DNA from: Lophium mytilinum
Lineage: Eukaryota
Direction of reading: 5' to 3'
Assembly: GCA_010093605.1 (NCBI GenBank)
Contig: MU004199.1
Coordinates: 868,001-932,000, forward strand
DNA: 64,000 bases
This document shows, piece after piece, positions 12,814 to 24,809 of this stretch. The notes beneath the pieces were generated by a model, which searched no databases, was not told the origin of the DNA, and worked only from the letters and a program-made list of their open reading frames with translations. Numbering within the stretch: the first letter of the stretch is position 1; each line of letters opens with the position of its first letter. The position numbers and the translations under genes are program-made.

Positions 12814-15091
12814 ATGAGTACCGAAGCACCCGCCGTTCCCAGAGAACATATGGTCGATGATGGCTACCTCAGTCCAGACTCTGTAGTCCGAGACAAAAAA
12901 GCTGTGGTTATTGTAAGCAAGTAGGAGCGAAGTTACTGGGCCTATTGATACTAACAAGTAAATAGGCGTGCGACCTTTGCAGGAAAAGAAAGATCAAATG
13001 CGATCGCAACTCGCCGCAATGCTCGACCTGTGCAAGCTACCAAGCCGAATGTGTGTTCACGCATAAGAAGAAACCGCGGAAGCTGCCTCGCAGAAGGTAG
13101 TTTTCATATTTCCCTAATTGGAATTCACTTAGCTGACAAGAATAGTGGAGAGCGCATCGACAAGCTCGAAACACGCCTTCGAAACGTAGAAGCGATGCTA
13201 AAGAAAGATATCTCTTCTCAGAATCAAGTGAAGAAGTCTACCAGTGGCGACATGATGACCTCAGAGGCCCAGCGCATGTCACCACTGCTGAAACAGAACC
13301 CGATCACGAATCTAGACCTCGTTGGCAACGGCCCTCAGTCGGAAGCATCATCAATGACCACTTCAACATCATCACAGGATGAAGCTCACCCTCCGTACAC
13401 TAACGGCTCCTTGCGTAGTAGACCTAGTGTAGGTGACGTATTAAGGCTTCCGCGCCACGAACATCTTCGTCTTCCCCCCAAGGACGAAGCAGTCAAAATA
13501 GTCACCTCCTACTTCAACGGCCCAAACAACGCTCTCCCCCTCTTTCACCCTGGGAGCTTCATGCAAAGATTCCATAGACAGTACGGTCGGGAGTACATAA
13601 ACGACCCGGCGTGGTGGGCGGCTTCAAATGTTGTAATGGCACTGGCACTCCGATTGCACTCCGTGCCAGGGCTTGCTCACGAAGAGCAAGATAAGAGAGC
13701 TCAACAATACCTCCAGAACGCATTGACCGTCGTCTCCGATCTTACCCTTTATGAAAGTAGTCTTCTGGCCATCCAGGCCCTGCTCGGCATTGTATTACTA
13801 CTACAAGGCATACCGGATCCCCGTCCAGGATCCGTGTTTTTAGCAGCAGCAATTCGCCTATCGAACCATCTTGGGATGCATCGAAAAGGTTCCCCTCATG
13901 ATCTCGATATCTTTGCAGCAACTCAGCGTAAACGAGTATTTTGGATTGCAGCTCTCCTAGACAAAGACTTCAGCATCAGAACGGAACAGCCACAGATGAT
14001 CGACAACGACGACGTAGACATCGACCTACCAGAAATATCTCCCCAAGACGGCCTGGGCTATGTTTATGCGCTTGACTCCTTCACGAAGATCAACTACTTC
14101 CGCCTCCGCGTCGAGCTTTCTATCATCCAGGGCAAAGCATACAGGAACCTCTATTCCGCGCGCGCCTCGAAAAATGATGTAGACACGCAACTTTTAACCG
14201 TTTACGAGCTTCACCAGTCCCTCGTTGATTGGAAAGTGGGTATCGATCCTCGCTTTTGGGCGGAAAACATTGCGACATCCGTTCCGAAAGCATTGATGAT
14301 GCAAATGATCTTCTTGCACTTGGCATACTTCCATTGCCTAGCCACCGTACATCGAGTAACTTTCCAGAACCGCCTATGGCAACTGGCCGTAATGGTTCCT
14401 CCGGGGCCGGATGGGAAGCTTGTACCAGATGACGGCGAGTGGTGTCAATCAGCCGAAACATGCGAAGGAGCAGCGAGGTCTTCGGTGCAGCTAATGGCAA
14501 TCCTACCCATGGAGGAGCATCCTTGTATCTGGTAAGTTTTGATTCCCATTAACCTTGTGCTTCAATCACTGACATAGCGTGCTTCCCAGGATAATGATGT
14601 CGTACTGCGTCTCCGCAATGGTGATCTTGATGGCCCGGATTATTCACAAACCAACGCACGTCGAAGCCCACTCAGACTTGGCACTCATCAAGCCTCAACT
14701 ACAACTTCTGTATTCATTAGCAGAAAGAGCTGATGATGAAGGTTTTGAACGAATGCGAGGCATTTGCGTGGAGCTAGAGCGAAAATGTGAAGCTGCTTTG
14801 GAAACTACGGTCAAAATACCGAACAGCATCGCAAGTCTGGAAGACCGTCAGTCCGCGAACATTGTCCTTGGGACAGACACGCTCGGGATCCATGCGAATG
14901 AGTTTCAAGGCTACAACTTTCCTCCTTGGGATTCTCCCATGACAAATCTAGATTTGCTCAATAAAGAGAACCCTCTCAGCTCTGTGCAATTGGACGACTG
15001 GAGTGGAGTTTTTGCTGATAATGTCCAACACGCATTGGAAATGCCTGGTCTCGAAACACCATTCTTAGATATGGGAGAGTCTTTTCTCTAG
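12814..15091 (+). CDS. Zn(II)2Cys6 transcription factor with fungal-specific TF (Fungal_trans) domain
   Basis: Exon 2 encodes ACDLCRKRKIKCDRNSPQCSTCASYQAEC. A later exon has LGMHR and RKRVFWIAALLDKDFSIRTEQP. Introns at about 12913-12965, 13097-13145 and 14532-14589. Confidence 0.93.
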
Positions 15092-15748
15092 GTTAGGAAG
15101 GGCTACCGTGAGGGATTCAGGATTGACTTCTTTAGTAGGAGCGAAAGCAAGTATCTTTTGAGCTGGTTTTCAAACACGTAGCTTTTATCAACAAGCTAGA
15201 GTTTCTGAGACTGAGAAATCTTTAACGTTTATGCTATACTCTTACAAATATGGTTCGAGTTCGTCATGCCTTGAGATGAGGGTCATGGGTCAAGGTCACG
15301 TGAGATCCACGTGACATTACTCTCCTGTTATTCGAGTCAGCCGCCCCAAGACCACAGATAACCGCAACATAGCGCAGCATCAGGGAGCAGTCTGCAGAGC
15401 CTTGAGTGCTATTGGAAGATTCCAACTTTCCCGCGGGGCTGCAGGAAGGCTGACATCCATACCCAATCCGCGTCCACCACGACTCACCATGTCCAGAGCA
15501 CACGGCGGCCACGCCCGGCGTCGAATGAAGTCGGGAATGGAGGCATGCCCGGTGAAAACTGCAACCTTCATTGGCAGCTCTTCTGGATGCCTTTTAGCCC
15601 TACGTGGCGATGAGGCTGACTGCACGGAATAAGTCTTGATGCCCGACATGTCGAGCCTCGTCGTAGCCTTATCATACCTTCAGCACTGCGAGCTGATGAG
15701 CTTCCGGAATCGAGTTTAGCCAATACAAGAAGACAAGTATCGGAGAAG

Positions 15749-17688
15749 ATGTCCACCAGTACCATCACAGAGCTTGAGACGCTTCTCGCAGAGCTGGGGC
15801 TGAAAACGCCCATTCCGCAATTTCCAGCCGCTGATGTGCTGAGAAAGCCTCTCGATATCGCCCGTTGCTACCTCGCTGATGTCTTCTCTGAGATTTCTGA
15901 ATCCGATGTCGAGAATGCATATCATTCAATTAATGGACCGAACAACATTCCTATGGGCGACTTAGCGGTTGTTCTGCCAAAGCTCGTCCACGGAGCCGAC
16001 GCCAACGTCTTAGCGTTTGAGCTGATGCAGAAGGTCTGTGGTTTCTCTCTTGCTCAAGTTCCCGAATATGGATAAAAGCTCACGTACCGTTGTAGTTCCC
16101 TGCAGAGTCTCCGCTCTTCCTTCTTCCATTCCCGGAAGGAGTGCATCTTTTGATCATGTTCAGGCCGCAGACGCTTCCGCGTCTCTTTCTTCCGTACATC
16201 AATGACCGCAAGGAATCGTATGGTCGAGATGCGGTACTTGGCCTCCTTGATCCTTCGTCTCCGGATTCTGGCCGTAAGAAACTGGTTATAGAGTTCTCAT
16301 CTCCCAATATAGCCAGTGAGTTTCAGGGCAAACATCTCCGGAGCACGATCCTCGGTGCATTTATATGCAATCTCTACGAGAGCATGGGTTGGGACGTTAC
16401 CAAACTCAACTACCTCGGTGACTGGGGGAAGCCGATCGGTCTGCTTGGAGTGGGGTGGGAGAAGTTTGGCTCGGAAGAGCTCTTTCAGGCCGACCCCGCC
16501 GGTCACCTGCTTGAGATCAACCACAAGATTAACGATTTATTCGTTCCCGAGCAAGTAGCCAGCAAGAAGGCTCGAGATGACAAGAAAGATTCGGCGGAGA
16601 TTGAGTCGCAAGGTCTGTTCGCGGAACGAAACGCGTTCTTCAAGAGAATGGAAGAGGGTGACGAGGCTGCACTTGCGTTCTGGAAGCGCGTTCGAGATAA
16701 TGGTATTCAGAACTATACTCGCTTCTACAATCGGCTGAATGTCAGCTTCGATGAATACTCTGGAGAGTCCCAAGTCAGTCCGGAGACGATGACCGAGGTC
16801 GAGCAGATCCTGAAGAGCAAAGACATCTGCGAGGAAAGTGGTGGAGCTTGGATCGTCGATCTGAAGAAGCATGGGGGAAGAGCTGGAGTGGCGATCATTC
16901 GGGATCGTGCTGGAAGCACTACTTACCTGCTGAGGGACCTCGCAGCTGTCTTGGAACGCCACAAGAAGTATGCGTTCGACAGCATGATCTACGTCGTCGC
17001 CAGTGATCATAATACCCACTTTTCGCGCCTTTTCAAGATACTGGAGCTCATGGATATGTCCGATCTGGCCAACAAGCTGCAGCATGTCTCTTTCAACGCG
17101 GCATCGCAGCTCTCAGAGAAAGTAGGCCATGGGGAATACACGCTGGATGGTATTCTAGACAAATGCCAGAGCGCAGTAGAGGAGTCCTTACAGGGGAATC
17201 CAGAAAGGGCTACTTTGCTTGAGGTCGCGAAAGGGACATCCGATCTCGGCGTCGCAGCACTCCTAGCTCAGGAGCTATCCGCGAGGAGGGCGAGCGACCA
17301 TGGATTTGACGTCTCCCGGATGACTTCTTTCGAGCCTGGCACTGGTCTGGACCTCCAGTATTGGTACGCAAGGGTGTGTGACAGCATCAAGATCCTGTCA
17401 AATGGGGCTAGTTCTTCCGATAATGACGTGGCTGCCCTAGAGGATGAGGATGAAGCAAATCTCCTTCGTTCCCTAGTGCAGTATCCGGAGGTCACTCACT
17501 TAGCGTACAAGACTTTGGAACCAGCTGGAGTAATGGTGTACCTTTTCAACATCACTGCGCAACTGTGCTCTTACTTTGAGGCTGGTCGAGACATCCCTAA
17601 ATCGGCGGACCTGCCTTTGTACGAAGCTACACGGGTTGTATTGGAGAGTGGACTAAAGCTGCTTGGGATCAAGCCGCTAGCCGGATGA
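15749..17688 (+). CDS. Arginyl-tRNA synthetase-like protein (class I aaRS paralog) with degenerate HIGH motif
   Basis: Two exons (intron about 16034-16095). ArgRS hallmarks EFSSPNIA, HLRSTILG, NYLGDWG, FDEYSGESQV, TYLLRDLAA, MIYVV, LQY and DALR-like helices. HIGH reads QGKH. Confidence 0.88.
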
Positions 17689-19876
17689 GCTCGCACCAGA
17701 TCTATAAGATCGGAACGCGCCGGTCTGGTGTAAAAGCCTGCTTGGTGGTAGTATTCATGCATGGAATACATGCTATAAGTTCCAGCTCGCTGCCCTGATG
17801 CTCGCTACTGGAAACTCGTCTGGAGGGTCATCTTATCCCCTTGGTTGGAAGCGTTCATCTTTGACGCGATTTTTCGTCTCATATTTACTCTGTTCTTGTT
17901 TTGCACCAACATTTCGTCCTATTGTGGCTCGCAAGGCCGTGCAACAGGGTTCACGCTGTGGGACAACCGATCAAGTTGACTATGATCTGAATGGTATGGT
18001 GTTCCGCCGCTCTTCATTCGTCACTGCGTGTACTTCATTCCTCTTTTTAGTCCATGAGTACGTCAGATATGCGCGTCTCACCTGATTGGTCGATCTTTCT
18101 CAGCCTAATGGCGCTATTCCAGCATAAAGTTCTCATTCCGGTGATAACGACATTAGTCTTTTTGCTCGTGCGAGACTTATTCATGGCCTAGAATATGAAC
18201 TCTATTGTTTCTATGCCAATGGCAGGATGTAGGGACTTTATCTGATTTTATGATGACTTCCTAGCGAAATTGGCAGCTCAATGCCGCTTCCCGAATGCAT
18301 CGACGTGTAATTCATACTCTACCAACTTCGAAATTCTGAAAGTGGGACAATGAGGTAACGTATATATGTCGGCGTGGTCTTAGACCAAGAAGGATCCCAG
18401 ATGCAGGTGGTAGGGGCTGAAACCTCCCGCCAATTGCAATCTCACCGCTCTGGCAGCCCTTTCAGGGGTAACATGCGAGGGCCCGCTTCCCCGTACGAAT
18501 GAATTGCCCTGCTTTCCATTTCGGTTGGGAGAGCAGCACTGAGCGGGCTGCTTCAATTTTTTACATTCGAATTTGTGCGATACGTGGTCCGGTAAGTCTC
18601 TGCCTATTTCATATTATAGCATTGCATTATCGTTACATCGTTGAGGATCAGAGCGCTTAGAACGCTTTTTTCAACGCTTAGAGTCCCTTACCACGTCCGG
18701 CACAACCTGAGTAGCGGCGCGTAATGGCATAGTTTGTGCGATAATGCGGGTCGCTGGACTAGGCAAATTCTCATACCTACCATTTGACTGGCCTAGAAAT
18801 CCCCTTGAAATGATAGCGGTGTGGCGCCACTTCCTCGCTATTGAATTATTCGGCCAAAAACCGTATATCTATCCTTCCGTTGTAGCTAGCTCCCTCCCTC
18901 ATTCCTCAACAAATACAATACGATCATTCCTCCAAACCGCTACCCAACCTTGCTCCCACAGCTAGCGACCGATCAAAGGCAGCAGTCATAACAGAGCTCA
19001 CAACAACGATAGACCAGAGCAATCTTGGATGGGACCCGTTTCGCTGTCCAAGACACCGGATTTCCTGCTCTTTAGGAAGGTGATGCGGTTGCAATCTGGG
19101 CTAACGACTATGGGCCAAGCATTCACCATCAGGGACATCGAATAACCAATGGCATCCAATCATCAGAGACGCATTGAATCAACATACTAGTCGGACTGTA
19201 ACCTCCTGTACGGTGTATACATCTCATCTCTAAAGCACCTCCCACTTAAAGACGTCCGACAAGGGCACACCCATCGTCAACGCACCACTCTCACAGCAAT
19301 GTAGAGAAAGCAAACGGTGACCATATTCAAGTTGTGTTCATTATAGGGTACACATCCACCCGTAGACAACGCCTTGGTGGATACCCCATTCACAATACCA
19401 CTTTAACTCTTCAGGCGAAGGGCATATTCGTGTTATAGAGTCTGGAAAGATACACATTCACATCTATACTCTATTGCCCTAGCAACTCATCTACCTTGGT
19501 CACTTTCACTGGTTGCAAGCTGATACTCTTAGTCTTAAATTAAGGATGATCAGTGGCGCTCTTTCCTCGCTATCGGCTTACTCAGCAAAAAGAACCAGTA
19601 TATTTCCTCTTCCTTTGCAGTTAGCTTCCTGCCTGACTATTCCTCCGAACCGTTGCTTTGCTCATCGGTGTAACGTTGTCACTGCATACAAAGTGGATTG
19701 ATATCTATAGCGGAAGCCAATTGTGGAACATCTTCGTCCTTACATTACGCCTGTTCTGCAGCCAGTCGTAAATCTTCACCTTGATCGGCACAGTGGCTGA
19801 GACTCACCTACACCCAGCTGAAGCAATATACTCAACCCATTTTCCCAACGGCAATTATGTTGGTGCAAAAGGTATC

Positions 19877-20341
19877 ATGTGCCCAAAAATGCAGTCTAGA
19901 TTATCTGATGTTGTGGGAGACCGCTACTCGGAGATTGCGGATATCCCGCGGACAAGGTCATTGGATCTTAAGCGATCTCAGCCCTGGTCAAATGGATCCT
20001 TCAGCTGCGTCGCCCACTCCTCGCCCGTCAACGCCCAACACAATTCAGTCGCCTTCTTTCCGCCAGGTTGGGAGCTGGTCAGTCCGCCTCACAGTCAACC
20101 CCATCAATCAATGGAGAATGCATGCTGACCGCCGGCTATTCTAGGCTAAGAAAAAGTACTCGTACATCTGGCAGTGCGTGAGTGGACGCAGCAAAAGCGA
20201 AGCGGCATCAATGAAGGCTAACGGGACACAATCCAGTGCGCTTGTGGGTGGACAGGCATCAACATAACCGCAGCAACGTGTCCCTCGTGTGGCACTGCTA
20301 GATGCGCATACTGCCAGACGACCAAAGTACAGGCACGATAG
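19877..20341 (+). CDS. Small Cys-rich putative double zinc-ribbon protein, copy A (3 exons; start uncertain)
   Basis: Exons ?19877-20077, 20145-20177 and 20237-20341, with GTCAGT/GTGAGT donors, GCTGAC/CTAAC branches and YAG acceptors. Product ends FFPPGWEL-AKKKYSYIWQC-CACGWTGINITAATCPSCGTARCAYCQTTKVQAR*. A paralog lies at 24451-24809. Confidence 0.8.
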
Positions 20342-20785
20342 GCGGAAGGAAAAAGGGATTGGTTGCAGGCGAGCACTGCGCCTGGTCTCTCGGTCGCCTC
20401 TCAAGATTCCTAGACTCTATCACGACGGCCAGCGCATCTGCAATACCAGTTGCCTTTTTTCCACACGCAATTGGGAGGCCTACGGAGACGATATACTGGT
20501 CAACGGGGGGAGGTCTGGAAATACAAAAGTATGGAGTCGCAGCGCACACCTGGGCTGTTGGAGTCTGGTTACGACGTTCTTCGTTTCTAGATGCAATTCA
20601 CGATTCATGACTCTTTTTTGACCTCAGAGCTCGCGATCTTCAGTGTTACTATCAAGTCATTTATTTCCACCTCAGGCCAGTGCCCCCATTCGCAAGTCCC
20701 AGTAGGCATGAATTGGTGCCGTGCTTGCCGCCTTTCCCGGATCTCCAGCGCGTTGAATTACTCCTATCTCCAGATCTGACGAATC

Positions 20786-23072
20786 ATGAGCGCTGCAAAG
20801 ATAAATTCTCCTGGGGACTTCTATGCCAAAGAATGGGACCGGAGGTTTTCCAAAGACCGGATTCCGAGAGAGAAAAGTTCATTCGTTGACGCCAAGAGAC
20901 GTGCGAATGCCGTTGGCGATGGTGTTGCAATCTTCTTACGCGACTCTGAGGGTGCAGTACCATCGTGCAAGTGGCGAGACGTGGAAAAATTCTGCCAAGA
21001 CTCCTGTCTAGATGATATCGAACGAGGACTAGGTATCGCGGGGATGCGACGGGCTGCTTGGATTGACGACCGGAGTCTGATTCCCCAAGCAAATATAATT
21101 CACAATAACAATACCGAAAACGTTGATAGAACGGCCGTGGATGACGTGACCGAGCCGAACGGCGGAACTATCAGAAAATGCCAGAACCCGTTAACGGCGA
21201 CTGCTGTTCTCCGACACTTGAAAGAACCGGTACAGAAACATCTACTACTTCTCATGATCCTAGCAATAAAATCCTAATCAAAAACCATTTAGCGATTCGA
21301 TCATACCGATCTACCTGACGCAGACAGACGACTGATGCAAGTCCCACATCTCGAAATCTAATCATACTTAACTGACTCAATGTACGGAAATAGTTATATA
21401 CCAAATTTAGATCCCCATTACACGCTTGCACTGGCAGAAACCGCACCTTTCCATCAAGTCAGAGCTCTGAGAGATGCTATCTGGAATCACCTAGCACTTG
21501 AAACCTCACTCCGAGTGAAGATGGCTGTAAGTGATTGAGGGAACATGGCCCTACATGGCACTATGATACTATAAGTTTCAGTAAATAGCTAACTAGAGTG
21601 TTCTTCGACCATGATATAGGGCTTCAAGGGCTACCCTGTTTTCCAAATGGAAATGCACATCCCCTTCTTTGCATTTCGAGAGTACCCGCCTTCCACAACA
21701 GATAAGTCAGAGGGAGAAGGGTGCAACAGGAATCTAAAAAGACAGTGGACCGACCTATCTTTCTTGAGCGTGCCAGCATCAAAATCAAAGCCTAAACCTG
21801 AGCCAAATTACGGCATATACAAATCACGATTCTCGCTTGTCATCTGTGGCTCTGAAAACCGGCGCTGGATTGGGTACGCTTTCGTGGACCAGCATATCGA
21901 TGACGAAGACCTAGAAGAAGAAGACTGTTCTTATGAGGAATTTCAAGAAGATCCAATTCTGTCTGATGGTTCGGATGCCAATCTCCCGATTTGGGACCCG
22001 AGAGAATACTTTCTCATGACACTCGAAATTCACGTGCGTAAGATTCTCGGCGAATGGGAGAATGCAGTGTATACTGTCAAAGGCAAAATCAACGAATATG
22101 TGAGCGTTCTTTCCAAAATCGCTGTTTCACCTTCTGTATGTTTAAGCTTTGCTGACGCTGGCAACAGCAATCTCGTCACGGCTCTATATGGTCGCACGAC
22201 CCTGCAGCTATGGAGCAAAATTCGACTGAAAACGTCAAAGAGATCTTTGAGTGGACTTTGAGAACAATGAGACTACTCAGCCGTGTTCTGGACGTCCTTT
22301 CCGCTACAGTGCAGGCCTGGGAAAGATTCAAGTGTCACAATGGAGACATTGGGTATTTCCGTGACTCCTCCACCGAGACCTCTCCATTCCCAAGGCAAAC
22401 AATACAACGATCCCTATGTGCTATCGATGGCAAATTTGAGGAGTTGACCTTTCTACAAGAGAAGTTAGTCGCATTGAAGGAAACCTGCAACAACTCAGCA
22501 GAAGCTGTAAGTTTGAACACATGTTTTGGTCTTCTCTTCTCCTATATCGCGATCCAAGTATTTTACTTACACAGCAACCTAGCTCAAACTACGTCTCACT
22601 GTGGAAAGCAGCGAAACGATGCAGCACACTGGGATTACTACCGACTTCACTGTTTTAGTAGGTCCAGCTGATTTGTTCATGCTACTATGAGAATATTGAC
22701 TCTTTGCAGGTGCTTTACCCTTTTGCGCTTGCAACAGCCTTTTTCGCAATGCCACAAGCTGCTATCCCCTTTACTCTCACTTTCAGATCCTTCGTTATAT
22801 CCGTCTTCGTTATTATGGCTATGATGCTTGCATTCAAGCTACTGTTCGTCGCTCTCAGTCGTATCCTGAGGTCCTGGTGGCGGAATGCAAACATCACCCC
22901 GGTCAAGAACCTCAGGCAGTGGCTCTTCTGGAAGAGGCGTGAGACCTCACCAGCTACTCCAAATAGTTTCACTAATCAACGTACTGGGGAATTTGGAGGA
23001 GACATTCTTGAAGGGGTGATCGAAACGACTACCTACGCAGGGGGCATTGAAATGCATCCAATTGTAGTCTGA
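20786..23072 (+). CDS. Multi-exon fungal CorA-like protein with two C-terminal TM helices, GMN motif absent
   Basis: ORFs 20786-21277, 21647-22261, 22210-22671 and 22704-23072 plus short exons (DLPDADRRLIYIPNLDP...ALAETA...LRDAIWNHL) join into one frame. Contains FQMEMHIPFFA, PIWDPREYFL, helical/coiled-coil segments and YPFALATAFFAMPQAAIPF followed by a second TM helix. Confidence 0.72.
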
Positions 23073-23149
23073 AGGACTCTTCTTATGGTCATGACTTCAA
23101 TTTTCATATTCTTATTTCTCTATCTGCATATAAAGCCTTGTAATTCCTA

Positions 23150-23848
23150 ATCCTCCCTTCATGTTGTTCTTGGGTACTAGTAACAGCACACCCCCCCTCT
23201 TATCTAATCTTCTAATTAGCTAGAACGGCTCGGATCTTCATCCAGAGCTCTATTCTCACGTGCATGATGCATCTGTGCCGTAGGCTTGACTGTACGGAAG
23301 GCCGTACGTAAGGCAAGGCTGTATAGCTTCTGCATTTCATCTAATTCCTGTAGTTGCTTATAGGCTATTGCATTGGTGCCTACATGCCTACATGCCTAGA
23401 ACAATGCCAGCACTGTTGAAACCTTATCTTATCACCGCTCCTCCGCATTGAGCCTGGGCTCTTCCATCGCCGCTGCCTGATTGATATACTCCATGTCCTC
23501 ATCATACGATGTAAACTAACAAACAAGCCCATCACGGCCAAGCTTCCCTTCCTGAGGAGGAGCGCAATCTTGCCACTGTACTTCCTTCTTCCGCGGTGCC
23601 TTATGATTTAAGCTAGACGGCCTGCCAGGCTTCTTACCCGTAGGTGCGCCTCTATGAGCTTGTATAGGTGAGGGCGTAGATGCGGGCGTAGATGCGGGCG
23701 TAGGCACGGGCGTAGATGGAGAAGTAGGTAGAGGATAAGGATGAGGATGTGATTGTTTGCGCCCACGCCGCATTTGGAGAGAGCATATAGAATTAGTGAG
23801 TGACTTGGACGAATGTATTGGAGGCTTCAGGGCACCTCTCCAAACCAA
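23150..23848 (-). pseudogene. Degraded ORF (possible RIP-mutated gene or transposon remnant)
   Basis: ORF 23516-23848 continues in the same frame past several TAG/TGA/TAA codons with protein-like text (FTSYDEDMEYINQAAAMEEPRLNAEER**DKVSTVLALF*ACRHVGTNAIAYKQLQELDEMQKLYSLALRTAFRTVK...). Contains a short GGGCGTAGATGC minisatellite at about 23672-23719. Confidence 0.45.
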
Positions 23849-24450
23849 GTGATGAAGTGACTGGGTAAGGGGGTGGGTTACGCGTAGAACGAAAAGGGAG
23901 TGTGTCTTTTGGAGCGCTCGACAAGTTTGTTTTGTCGAAAAACTCTAGTAATACGTAGATGATGCTCAATACTACTCGTACAATACTATATCGTTTCCAG
24001 CGGCATGCCCAATAGGTGCTTGGCTTTTGGCATGCCGTAAGTCTTGCATTTTGAAGCAGTATAGAAACTCTTCGACAGTCCTCAAAAGTCGTCAGTTGAC
24101 CAAGCGCAGCACGCTCCTCACTCGAATCCTCTTAGTAAGTAACAAAACGTAGCGAGTTCGGGAAATGGGATCAAATATTGATTCGGTCTGTTGTAGAAAG
24201 GTAATAGGCTTAGATAGTGACAGGAGAGGAGACATATACACAGCCGCTCCAAGCATTTGAAACGTAAGCTAAGATCATAACCAGCCCGCACTAGCTCGTT
24301 ATCCTTTCAAATGACCTCCCAGATGATGTGTACAATATAGGCAACTTTTTTAGTAGGAATGCGTTGGATGTCGTAATAGAACGTTGAGCATTCTTGGAAG
24401 CCGATGAGCAGGCGCAGCACGCTTTAACATTGGATCCCGCTTCCATCCAC

Positions 24451-24809
24451 CTATTGGACCTGGACTTTTGTTGTTTGGCAGTAGGCGCATCGAGCAGCGC
24501 CACAGGATGGACACGTTGCAGAGGATATGTTAATGCTGGCGCAACCGCAGGCACACTACAAGGCAACATGTTAGCCTCTTATTACATGCCTTCACAATGG
24601 CCAATCTGCTCACGCATTGCCAGATATACGAGTACTTCTTCTTAGCCTAGAAAGAAGGGCGGTGAGTACGCTATGTGATTGGATTTAGTATGAGGCGGAC
24701 TGACCAGCTCCCAAGGCGAAAAGAAAGAATCCAGGAGGGTCGGGAAGTTGGACGCCCGCGCGTCAGCGTCGTCGTTGCAGGGTTCTGGCTGGTAATTATT
24801 GGTCTTCAT
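24451..24809 (-). CDS. Small Cys-rich putative double zinc-ribbon protein, copy B (3 exons; start 24809 or 24878)
   Basis: Exons 24809-24705, 24646-24614 and 24555-24451. Product ends FFSPWEL-AKKKYSYIWQC-CACGCASINISSATCPSCGAARCAYCQTTKVQVQ*. Intron positions and phases match copy A. Confidence 0.8.
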
